From contig JBDHVY010000001.1 of the NCBI GenBank assembly GCA_039809905.1, positions 540,001-572,000 on the forward strand: a DNA stretch of 32,000 nucleotides. Direction: 5' to 3'. Source of the stretch: Candidatus Babelota bacterium. Its GTDB lineage: Bacteria; Babelota; Babeliae; Babelales; Vermiphilaceae. Under the pieces are notes generated by a model. That model ran no database searches. It was not told the DNA's origin and saw only the letters and a program-made list of their open reading frames with translations. Made by a program: the position numbers and the translations under genes. Each line of letters opens with the position of its first letter. Within the stretch, counting starts at the first letter, position 1. Positions 1 to 8,355 of the stretch are shown here, piece after piece.

Positions 1-1
1 A

Positions 2-1234
2 ATGATTAGAAAAGATATGCCAGATCTTATCTTTTTAACTAAAAACGCAAAATATAAAGCCATTGTAGAAGATATCAGAGAACGATATGCAAAAGGTCAA
101 CCCGTTCTTATCGGTACTATTGCAATTGAAACATCAGAATTATTGAGTACCATTTTAACTGCACATGGCATTAAACATGATGTCCTTAACGCAAAACAAC
201 ATGAACGAGAAGCTGAAATTGTTGCTCATGCAGGTGAATCTGGACGAATTACCATCGCAACAAATATGGCTGGTCGTGGTACTGATATTAAACTGACACC
301 AGAATCAATTGCAGCAGGAGGTTTATATATCTTAGGAACAGAACGCCACGAAAGCAGAAGAATTGATAATCAGTTACGTGGACGATCTGGTCGTCAAGGA
401 GACCCTGGCGAATCTCGTTTTTATATTTCATTAGAAGATGATTTAGTACGTATTTTTGCGGGAGAATCGTTAAAAAATAAAATGGTTTTCTTTGGTATGC
501 AAGAAGACGAAATTATAGAATCACGTCTTGTCTCAAAAACTATTGAACGAGCACAAGAACGTGTTGAAAAACACAACTTTGATAATCGTAAGCATTTGCT
601 GGAATATGATGATGTTTTAAATCAGCAACGTATTGTTATTTATGATCATCGTCTTGATGCTCTTGAAGGTGAAAATCGTATTTATGAATTGATCCGAGAT
701 TTTATTACTACCATTATTCAAGATCTAATTGCGTATAATGCACCAACAAGAAATATAACAAACGATCAAGTTGCCAAAATATATGAAGCTTTAGAATACA
801 TAACAGGTCTTAAAGCGAAAGAATTTGAAAATGCAGCTTTAAGCACAGCAAACGTTGAATTATTTGAAAAAGATCTCATTATTTTCTTGCTTGAGCGCTA
901 TGAATTATATCGCAAACAGCACAATGAAGCTATCATGAAAGCTGCCGAAAAATGGCTTGTTTTAGAGACAATTGATAAAGCATGGCGTCAGCATATGCTT
1001 AATCTTGATCATCTGAAAGAAGGAATTGGTTTGCGCGGCTGGGGACAAAAAAATCCGCTTATTGAATACAAACGAGAAGCTTTTGATATGTTCCGTGAAA
1101 TGATGTCTCATATTCGCTTTGATATTGTTCATCATATTTTCCATGCTAATCTTACCCAGATTAATACAGAAGAACTTGAAGAACAACGCGATGAAGAAAT
1201 GGAACGTCTCAATTTTTCCGGAACAGAACAATAA
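2..1234 (+). CDS. secA: Preprotein translocase ATPase SecA, C-terminal part (5' end outside window)
   Basis: Frame open at the left edge. Contains SecA NBD2 and C-terminal motifs: TIAIETSELLS, HGIKHDVLNAKQHEREAEIVAHAG, ATNMAGRGTDIKL, GLYILGTERHESRRIDNQLRGRSGRQGDPG. Confidence 0.97.
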   Translation: MIRKDMPDLIFLTKNAKYKAIVEDIRERYAKGQPVLIGTIAIETSELLSTILTAHGIKHDVLNAKQHEREAEIVAHAGESGRITIATNMAGRGTDIKLTPESIAAGGLYILGTERHESRRIDNQLRGRSGRQGDPGESRFYISLEDDLVRIFAGESLKNKMVFFGMQEDEIIESRLVSKTIERAQERVEKHNFDNRKHLLEYDDVLNQQRIVIYDHRLDALEGENRIYELIRDFITTIIQDLIAYNAPTRNITNDQVAKIYEALEYITGLKAKEFENAALSTANVELFEKDLIIFLLERYELYRKQHNEAIMKAAEKWLVLETIDKAWRQHMLNLDHLKEGIGLRGWGQKNPLIEYKREAFDMFREMMSHIRFDIVHHIFHANLTQINTEELEEQRDEEMERLNFSGTEQ

Positions 1235-1235
1235 T

Positions 1236-1655
1236 TTAGTCACTATTTTTTTTCTGTACGATTGGCAATTCTTCTACCATAGGAGAATATGGCCTACTTT
1301 GGGTGATGGTAAATAATTGCGTGTCATAGTTACCTTTTTCTATATCAGAAAACTTTAATTGGATATTGCCCTTATCATCACACCCAATTTGTTTACAAGT
1401 ATATGCTCGACTCAAAACACGTTGATTTGACTGTTGCTCATAAATAGCAAAATGTGCTTTTTGATGTTGATTGCCAAATCTACGTTTTTCGTTTTTATGT
1501 ATAGGAATAAGAGTTTTATCTATTTTATTATAAATTATTACTCTACCAGCTTTATCATTGATAAAAGTTGTCAAACAGGCATGTATGTTCATTGTCTGCA
1601 TAATAGTCATCAGTAGAATCACCATCATTGCGTGTTTATATTTTATCATGAACAC
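1236..1655 (-). CDS. Small exported hypothetical protein
   Basis: 139-aa ORF with N-terminal hydrophobic segment MFMIKYKHAMMVILLMTIMQTMNIHA; convergent with secA, ends one base apart. Confidence 0.6.
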   Translation of the reverse strand: MFMIKYKHAMMVILLMTIMQTMNIHACLTTFINDKAGRVIIYNKIDKTLIPIHKNEKRRFGNQHQKAHFAIYEQQSNQRVLSRAYTCKQIGCDDKGNIQLKFSDIEKGNYDTQLFTITQSRPYSPMVEELPIVQKKNSD

Positions 1656-1875
1656 CCTTTTTTATTATCCCATCTTTTGTCTTATCTCTTCTTAAATTAC
1701 ATTTTCAAAAATGCAAATAGCAATACTGAAGACTTTTTTAAACATAATTTTATCTAAATAAAAGGATATTTTTGTAATTACCTTCAATCCATTGAATGTG
1801 TCAATAAGAAAAGTGTATCCTTTAGATGTATTTAATAATATGAAGTTACAGATATAAAAAAAAGTAGATACTGTT

Positions 1876-4848
1876 ATGGTAAAAAACATAATTACCCTTA
1901 TTTTAAATATTTTTTTGATTATATTTTTTACTCCTTCATATAGCATGGTACCAAAGCTTATAAGACTTCCATCCACGAAAGCCCCCAAACCATCTCTCTC
2001 TCAGCAACGTCCAACCCGAGCTATACAAGTAGAGTACCTACCACAACGCCCTATAAGTGTGCCTATTGGCGAAAAGGTAGATATACAACCATTAAACCCC
2101 ATAGGAAAACCCCAGGTAGTTGATTTACCTGAAATGATCGGCCAACGAGTACCATCTGGCAATAAACCTTCTCGCTCACGTTTAGAGACTATAAAAAATA
2201 TTCAACCTCAGGGCCAATCACAACAAATTATTGATCTTGCAACTCTTGATAAACTCGAAAATCTCAAAAAAAATCAAAAACCTGGGTCTCGCATTGCTGC
2301 TGCACTCACTGAAAAAAAACCAATAGAAGAAGTACAAAAAATTTTTAATCAAGAAGTACATGCGGCGCAAAAAGATGGATATAATATAATACTTATTAGT
2401 TCAAAAGCACCAAAAACTCGTTTGCTTCTTTCTCGGTTCTTTACAAAAACCTTAAACTCTGCTCCTACTTTAACGACAAAATCGATTAAATTAGACAACA
2501 AGCCTTTTCTTTCCTTTATAAAATTACTTGATCAATCTATCATTCTTATTGAACGAGCTTTTACCCATACTTTTGTGCCTCTTTCTATAGGTGAATCTTC
2601 ACCAGAATCCCTATTTGGAAAATTAGGAAATACTATAAAACAAGTTGATGATACTCATGGTGCAAAGATGTTAGCAGAAACAAAAAAATTAGCTGAAGAA
2701 AAAATAGCTGCTGATAAATTAGCTCAAGCAGAAGCTGAAGCACAAGCTAAAGCCGCTGCTGAATTACAAGAAAAAACAAATAAAGAAACTGAAGAAAATG
2801 CAGAAAAAAAACGGCTTGCTGAAGAAAATGCGGAAAAATTACGAGCTAAAGCCCTAGAAGATGCTGAAAAGGCAAGTAAGGCAAAACAAGATGCTGAAGA
2901 AGCTGCAATTGCCGGAGAAATAGAAACTGCTCAAAAAACCGAACAAGCTTTACGAGATCAAGCGCTGGAAGCTGCCGAAAAATTTTCGGAACAAAAAGAT
3001 CTTGCTCAAGAACAGGCTCTAAGAGAAAAAGAAAAAGCAATTGAAGCTTTGAAAGAACAAGCTCTCAAAGAAGCTGAAGCTGCAAGCAAAGCAAAAGAAG
3101 CTGCTGAAGAAGCTTTAACTCTCAATGATCTGAAAATTGCTGAACAAAGAGCTGCTGAAAAAACTGAACTATTAACTCAAGCTCAGCAAGAAGCTCAACA
3201 ATTGGCAGACAAAAAACCCGCACAAGATATTCAACCTGAACCAAAAAAACCAATCGTAGAACAAAAATCACCACAAAAAATGCCTCAAGAAGATACTGAA
3301 ATAACTACCGAACAAGAAAAAACTCTGCAAGATAAGTTCACTAGAGAACAAGCTGTCCGTGAACAAGAAAAGATTGCTGCTGAAAAAGCTACAGAACAAA
3401 AAAATCTTGCTCAAGAACAAACTGCTATAGAAAAAGAAAAAGCAATTGAATCTTTGAAAGAACAAGCTCTCAAAGAAGCTGAAGCTGCAAGCAAAGCAAA
3501 AGAAGCTGCTGAAGAAGCTGCAACTCTCAGAGATTTAGAAATTGCTGCACAAAAGGCTGCTGAAAAAGCTGAACTATTAACTCAAGCTCAACAAGAAACT
3601 CAACAATCAGCAGGTAAAAAACCCGCACAAGACATTCAACCTGAACCAAAAAAACCAATCGCGCAAGAAGAACCACAAAAAATGCCTCAAGAAGATATTG
3701 AATCGACTACTAAAGAAGAGCAAGCTTTGCAAGAAAAGCTTACGATGGAACGAGCTTTGCGCGAACAAGAAAATATTGCTGCTGAAAAATCTTTGCGTGA
3801 GCAAGAGCAACAAAAAGCTTTGCAAAATTTAACTCAGGCCCAGCAAGACGCTCAAAAACTTGCAGATAAAAACCTTGCACAAGACATTCAACCTGAACCA
3901 AAAAAACCACTTACGGAAAAAGAAGAACCACAAAGATCTTCTCAAGCGGAAGAGCCCGAATTACCTTTGGCTCTTGAACCTGCAAAAGAAGCACAAAAGG
4001 AAGAAGGAAAAATAAAAAGAATAATACCTATTCCAATCACAACATCAACAGATTTGCCAGAGGAACAAGAACCCAAACCCGAAATTCCAAAAAATAATGT
4101 TGAAATTTTACCACCAGAATTATCAACCGAAATTGAAGAACCAATCGCAGAACCTGCAGAAGAAACACCATTAACACCATCAAATAAAGCTGAGAAAGAG
4201 ATTCCTTCTCAATCAACAGCCTATAGAAGAAAGCGACCTCAAACAGCTCCGGCAACTGAACCAAAAAAAGCAGCATCAGCTGCTCAAGAAACACCAGCTC
4301 AAACTGGTACATATTCTGGATCACAAATAACCTTGTTTGGATATCCAAAAAGTGAACCATATCGACCATTTATACCGAATCTTCCACGTGCAACACAGCA
4401 GCCTACATCAACAACTAAAGCTCCTACAGACAGAAGCTCTTCTTCACGGCGGTCTACTCCTAAAACATATACTCAAAAACCATCACCAGAACCGGTAGAA
4501 AAAAAACCTCAACCAATAGAAGTTACAAAAAATAGACGTAGCAAAAAACAAATGGCCGATATTGCTATACTTGAAGCTCAAATAAAAAAATCACAAAATA
4601 AAATTGCTTCTCGTGAAACAGTACGACCATCATTTAAAAATTATTTACGAGGCTTACAACATCTAAAAAAAGCCCATGAAACAAAAAAAACAACTACTAT
4701 AGCTGCACAATCAAAAACAAAAACAACAAAAGAAGCAAGCAGCTCAACATGGTCATTTATTCAAAAAACTGCTACAAAAATCACCACTATTATTACTGAT
4801 CTTGGCAAAGCTATTGGTAACTATTTTAAACATTTTTTTGGCAGCTAA
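1876..4848 (+). CDS. Large exported coiled-coil / Pro-Gln-Lys-rich repeat protein
   Basis: 990-aa ORF; N-terminal signal-like MVKNIITLILNIFLIIFFTPSYS; long Ala/Glu/Lys heptad-like region; repeated modules ending in AQDIQPEPKKP. Confidence 0.85.
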   Translation: MVKNIITLILNIFLIIFFTPSYSMVPKLIRLPSTKAPKPSLSQQRPTRAIQVEYLPQRPISVPIGEKVDIQPLNPIGKPQVVDLPEMIGQRVPSGNKPSRSRLETIKNIQPQGQSQQIIDLATLDKLENLKKNQKPGSRIAAALTEKKPIEEVQKIFNQEVHAAQKDGYNIILISSKAPKTRLLLSRFFTKTLNSAPTLTTKSIKLDNKPFLSFIKLLDQSIILIERAFTHTFVPLSIGESSPESLFGKLGNTIKQVDDTHGAKMLAETKKLAEEKIAADKLAQAEAEAQAKAAAELQEKTNKETEENAEKKRLAEENAEKLRAKALEDAEKASKAKQDAEEAAIAGEIETAQKTEQALRDQALEAAEKFSEQKDLAQEQALREKEKAIEALKEQALKEAEAASKAKEAAEEALTLNDLKIAEQRAAEKTELLTQAQQEAQQLADKKPAQDIQPEPKKPIVEQKSPQKMPQEDTEITTEQEKTLQDKFTREQAVREQEKIAAEKATEQKNLAQEQTAIEKEKAIESLKEQALKEAEAASKAKEAAEEAATLRDLEIAAQKAAEKAELLTQAQQETQQSAGKKPAQDIQPEPKKPIAQEEPQKMPQEDIESTTKEEQALQEKLTMERALREQENIAAEKSLREQEQQKALQNLTQAQQDAQKLADKNLAQDIQPEPKKPLTEKEEPQRSSQAEEPELPLALEPAKEAQKEEGKIKRIIPIPITTSTDLPEEQEPKPEIPKNNVEILPPELSTEIEEPIAEPAEETPLTPSNKAEKEIPSQSTAYRRKRPQTAPATEPKKAASAAQETPAQTGTYSGSQITLFGYPKSEPYRPFIPNLPRATQQPTSTTKAPTDRSSSSRRSTPKTYTQKPSPEPVEKKPQPIEVTKNRRSKKQMADIAILEAQIKKSQNKIASRETVRPSFKNYLRGLQHLKKAHETKKTTTIAAQSKTKTTKEASSSTWSFIQKTATKITTIITDLGKAIGNYFKHFFGS
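3031..3910 (+). repeat. Internal in-frame tandem repeats of the coiled-coil gene
   Basis: 'gaaaaagcaattgaa' recurs at 3031 and 3436, and the AQDIQPEPKKP segment at about 3217 and 3622 (both offset 405 bp = 135 aa). A shorter third copy sits near 3874 (offset 252 bp = 84 aa). Confidence 0.85.
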
Positions 4849-4976
4849 TAAAATAATAGACCTCATACATAATAATAATGAAGTATGAACAACCTAAATC
4901 GTTGCTATTACAAAATTAAATATGTGAAAATAGAGACAGTAATAAATTACCATATCTCTAAAAAAAAGGATTTTTT

Positions 4977-5387
4977 ATGAACATTTCAAAAAATATGCTG
5001 CTTATCGCAGCTCTTTTTACCATGAATGCCCTTGATGCTAAAGGTGGTAAAAAAACTCCTGCTCAACAACAACCTGTACCAGGAAAACAACCCGGTGCTC
5101 AGCAACCTGCAGCAAAAAAAGTAACTTACAAATCAATCAAAGATGAAATACTACAAGCAACCAATGTAATAAGTAACGGTAAATTTACTCAGAATTTCCT
5201 TGATGAAAAAATAATGAACAATCTCGCTCAACTTGGCAATTATCCTGATGATCTTCCAGGATTTTTCTTGCTAATGGCACGAGACAAACATCTTCCATTA
5301 TCTAATAATGATGCAGATAATTTAAAAAAGCTTTCCAGCATTAATCAACAGATTAAAGAGATATTGCAAGCCCACAAAAATCGATAA
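4977..5387 (+). CDS. Secreted tandem-family protein, member 1 (N-terminal module only)
   Basis: Signal peptide, then DAKGGK, Pro/Gln linker, and VTYKSIKDEI...GKFTQNFLDEKI...LMARDKHLPLS, matching the neighbours at 5424, 6559 and 7520. Confidence 0.85.
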   Translation: MNISKNMLLIAALFTMNALDAKGGKKTPAQQQPVPGKQPGAQQPAAKKVTYKSIKDEILQATNVISNGKFTQNFLDEKIMNNLAQLGNYPDDLPGFFLLMARDKHLPLSNNDADNLKKLSSINQQIKEILQAHKNR

Positions 5388-5423
5388 ACATTTTTAGCCT
5401 TATAAAAAGAGGAAAAATTTATA

Positions 5424-6437
5424 ATGAAATTAATAAAAAACAGCATATATATCATAATTCTATTACATAGCAATATTGATGCTAAAGGTGGAAAAGCTGC
5501 TCCAAATAAACCAGCCCCAGGAAACAAACCAGCACCAACAAAGCAACAAGTTCCAGCAAAAAAGGGGACTTATACTTCTATCCTTACACAAATAAGAAAA
5601 AATCCACCAAAAATATTCAATAAACAAGGAATGGTAGAAAATAGCTTTATGCAATACATAAACTCATTTGATATCTCAAATGAAGCAAAAATAGCTCTTT
5701 TTGAAGCCGGCTTAGATCTTCATGCACCTTTTTCTGGAAATATGGACACTGATCCATTGCTTATAGGAAATATATTTAGCTCACTGAATGATTTTGCTGG
5801 CATGATAAATAATCAAAATCAACCAGCTCCAGAACCAGCTCCAAATCAACCAGGGCCTAATCCTCAGCAACAATTTACACCTGAACAACAAGAGGCCAAT
5901 GACTTAGTTCACAGATATAGTAAAGGTCTTGCAAACTTGAAGTCACAGGAAGCAGCAGACATTATATTTGGAATAGCACGAAAGCTAATATCCACATATC
6001 CTTCTATCACTATTGACCATCAAAATGAAATAGTAAGCATTATATTAGATGCAATAACCTATAATCAAAATACAAAATACACTGTTGATCAAGCAACAGA
6101 CGTAATACATGTTATCGGCTTGTATTGGGCTCAATTAACTCAGATACGAAAAGAAGGACTTGAGCAACAAGAGCGAATAGTAGCCAACGAAATAGTAGCC
6201 CTAAGAAGCCAAGAGATAGACAAGATTCTGTATAAATCTATGTATAATGCTGACCAGATGAAGAATGTAGCAATAAGTTTAATTGAAAAATATCCGGGTC
6301 TTAAAACAAAAGGATACCAGCATACATTCGATTTGTTAATTGATTCAATCGAGACGAAGTTTGGAGTAATGGATAATCAAAAAAAACAGCAAGCTTATGC
6401 AACCATCAGAGACAACTGGACTAATATAATACGGTAA
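5424..6437 (+). CDS. Secreted tandem-family protein, member 2 (N-module plus two C-modules)
   Basis: MKLIKNSIYIIILLHSNIDAKGGKAAPNKPAP... then GTYTSILTQIRKNPPKIF. Two C-terminal modules of the form (..ARKLISTYPSI...ILDAI...YWAQL) and (..ISLIEKYPGL...LIDSIE...NWTNI). Confidence 0.87.
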   Translation: MKLIKNSIYIIILLHSNIDAKGGKAAPNKPAPGNKPAPTKQQVPAKKGTYTSILTQIRKNPPKIFNKQGMVENSFMQYINSFDISNEAKIALFEAGLDLHAPFSGNMDTDPLLIGNIFSSLNDFAGMINNQNQPAPEPAPNQPGPNPQQQFTPEQQEANDLVHRYSKGLANLKSQEAADIIFGIARKLISTYPSITIDHQNEIVSIILDAITYNQNTKYTVDQATDVIHVIGLYWAQLTQIRKEGLEQQERIVANEIVALRSQEIDKILYKSMYNADQMKNVAISLIEKYPGLKTKGYQHTFDLLIDSIETKFGVMDNQKKQQAYATIRDNWTNIIR

Positions 6438-6490
6438 CATATAAGTTATTGCTTTTTTATCATTAATAATTGTTTTCTCAAGATCTTTTA

Positions 6491-6524
6491 CAGTCAGAGT
6501 ATTGCAACCAGCTTACTCTGACTG
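6491..6524 (+). promoter_or_regulatory. Intergenic stem-loop, copy A (11-bp perfect stem, 12-nt loop)
   Basis: CAGTCAGAGTA (6491-6501) pairs with TACTCTGACTG (6514-6524); followed by ATTTTATATCTTTT. Duplicated at 7454-7487. Confidence 0.75.
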
Positions 6525-6558
6525 ATTTTATATCTTTTGTATATAAAAAGGAAATTCC

Positions 6559-7398
6559 ATGAAAATCAAAAATATTTTATATCTCATAATCTTCATGCCA
6601 GTTATTACCATAGAATCAAAAAGTGGAAAAGCTGCTGCAAATAAACCAGCTCCAGTACAACAACAACCAGCGCCAAAACAACCACAACAAAAACCAGCCC
6701 CCCAAAAGAATCAACAACCACAGGCTCAAGAAACATATACTTCTTTATTGTCCTACATTAGAAATGCATCACCACAGATGATATTTAAAGATGGTGATTT
6801 TACTCCAGATTTTCTTAACAACAAAATACAAGGCATTAACGACCCAACAGCAGTAGCAAGTTTATTGCAAGCAGCGCGAAATCTTCATATGCCGCTATCA
6901 GCAAATGATCAGGACAATGCACATTTAATAACACAATCAAATAAAAGAATTAGTGATTTAATGAATGGTTGGTTTGGTGTTCCTGCAGCACAGCAACCTA
7001 AATCACCACAGCAGCAACAACCTAAATCACCACAGCAACAACAACCTAAATCACCACAGCAACAACAACCCGCAAAAGGGAATCAGCCTAAAGCTCCGCA
7101 ACCTAAACCAGTACATGAAGACCCGATAAGCATAACTGCTCGTGAAATAGTAAAAAAGAGAAAAGAAGACCTAAACAAGATATTATATACTCCTAATAAT
7201 ATTTACCAAGAGGGAGGCATTATCGGTGCAGCAATAGACCTAGTAAACAAACATCCAGAAATTACAGAGCGTAGTACATTCGAGATATTAGTATATGAGA
7301 TTGAGGCTGAGTTTGGAAAAGACTTACCTCGTGAAAAAAAAGAGTCTATTCTAAATACCATCGAAAAAAATTGGGATTTTATTATTAGCCAACAATAG
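6559..7398 (+). CDS. Secreted tandem-family protein, member 3
   Basis: MKIKNILYLIIFMPVITIESKSGKAAANKPAP...; ETYTSLLSYIRNASPQMIFKDGDFTPDFL; one C-module. AAAAGGA Shine-Dalgarno-like sequence upstream. Confidence 0.88.
   Translation: MKIKNILYLIIFMPVITIESKSGKAAANKPAPVQQQPAPKQPQQKPAPQKNQQPQAQETYTSLLSYIRNASPQMIFKDGDFTPDFLNNKIQGINDPTAVASLLQAARNLHMPLSANDQDNAHLITQSNKRISDLMNGWFGVPAAQQPKSPQQQQPKSPQQQQPKSPQQQQPAKGNQPKAPQPKPVHEDPISITAREIVKKRKEDLNKILYTPNNIYQEGGIIGAAIDLVNKHPEITERSTFEILVYEIEAEFGKDLPREKKESILNTIEKNWDFIISQQ
6997..7068 (+). repeat. Three tandem 24-bp in-frame units encoding PKSPQQQQ
   Basis: CCTAAATCACCACAGCARCAACAA x3; the second and third units are identical, the first differs by one silent base. 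Confidence 0.95.
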
Positions 7399-7453
7399 AA
7401 AACATATAAGTTTCTTGCTCTTATTATTAATAATTATTTTTTGAGGTCTTTTA

Positions 7454-7487
7454 CAATCAGAGTATTGCAACAAGCTTACTCTGATTG
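7454..7487 (+). promoter_or_regulatory. Intergenic stem-loop, copy B (11-bp perfect stem, 12-nt loop)
   Basis: CAATCAGAGTA (7454-7464) pairs with TACTCTGATTG (7477-7487). Relative to copy A, a G-C pair has become A-T with both arms changed. Confidence 0.75.
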
Positions 7488-7519
7488 ATTTTATATCTTT
7501 TATCTAAAGAGGAATTCCT

Positions 7520-8230
7520 ATGAAACTCAAAAGTATTTTATATCTCATAATTTTTATGCCAATTACTACTATAGAATCAAAAGGTGGAAAAGCTGCTGCA
7601 AACAAACCAGAGCCTAGACCTGCAAGACCAAGACAAGAACAACAAAAACCAGCTCCTGGTCGACAACAGCAAGCACAAGAAACATATACGTCCCTCTTGC
7701 AATACATAAGAAAAGCACCTTCAGGAAATATATTCAAAGATGGTGAATTTACTCCAGATTTTCTTGGCAAAACGCAACGCATTAAACCTACTGATTTGAT
7801 AGCAGTAGAAGCTTTATTGCAAGCAGCCCGAAATCTTCATATGCCATTATCTGGAGATGATGAGGAAAATTCACATTTAATAACCCAAACAAATGCAATG
7901 ATAAGTGATTTAAAGAATAAGTGGTTTCCGGTAAATCTAGAACTATCTCCAGAACAAATAGCTGCTAACGATATAATACTCAAGCATGGGAAAAAGGCAT
8001 TTTTAGCTTATCATGAAGGTACAAAAACATCATTTTTTCACGTGGCAAAACTTCTTGTAGCCAAAATGCCCGAATTAAGAAAAGCAGCTCCTGATCAAGT
8101 ATCACAAATGTTATTAGATGCTATTGAAACACAACTTAACAAAAGATACACCGCTGAGCAAACAGCAAGCCTGAAAGAGCATATCAACAACCATTGGAAT
8201 GATTTACTTGAACAAGTACCAGCACAATAA
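7520..8230 (+). CDS. Secreted tandem-family protein, member 4
   Basis: MKLKSILYLIIFMPITTIESKGGKAAANKPEP...; ETYTSLLQYIRKAPSGNIFKDGEFTPDFL; one C-module (VAKLLVAKMPEL...LLDAIE...HWNDLLEQ). Confidence 0.88.
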   Translation: MKLKSILYLIIFMPITTIESKGGKAAANKPEPRPARPRQEQQKPAPGRQQQAQETYTSLLQYIRKAPSGNIFKDGEFTPDFLGKTQRIKPTDLIAVEALLQAARNLHMPLSGDDEENSHLITQTNAMISDLKNKWFPVNLELSPEQIAANDIILKHGKKAFLAYHEGTKTSFFHVAKLLVAKMPELRKAAPDQVSQMLLDAIETQLNKRYTAEQTASLKEHINNHWNDLLEQVPAQ

Positions 8231-8290
8231 TCAATAGTATATAGCTACTCAGATCTTTTCAGTTGCTAGAATATTGGTAATAAATAAAAG

Positions 8291-8331
8291 CACTTGGTAA
8301 TCTTGAAATGTATATTCAAGATTACCAAGTG
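8291..8331. terminator. Bidirectional intrinsic terminator between convergent genes
   Basis: 17-bp perfect stem CACTTGGTAATCTTGAA / TTCAAGATTACCAAGTG, 7-nt loop, followed by TTTTTATTTT; A-rich on the left flank. Confidence 0.92.
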
Positions 8332-8355
8332 TTTTTATTTTATAAATATATCGAA

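Noticed and set aside
1692-1988. 98-aa minus-strand ORF overlapping the start of the coiled-coil gene
   Set aside because: Antisense and hydrophobic because of AT-rich sequence; the plus-strand ORF has far better support.
3031-3910. CRISPR-like direct repeats
   Set aside because: Repeats are in-frame protein modules 84-135 aa long without a short repeat-spacer layout.
2846-4369. Several 64-110-aa minus-strand ORFs inside the coiled-coil gene
   Set aside because: Leu/Phe-rich shadows of Glu/Lys/Ala repeat codons; no independent start context or domain.
7504-7782. 92-aa minus-strand ORF overlapping the fourth tandem-family gene
   Set aside because: Exact antisense of the signal peptide and Pro-rich linker of a supported gene; Cys/Gly-rich by mirror codon effect.
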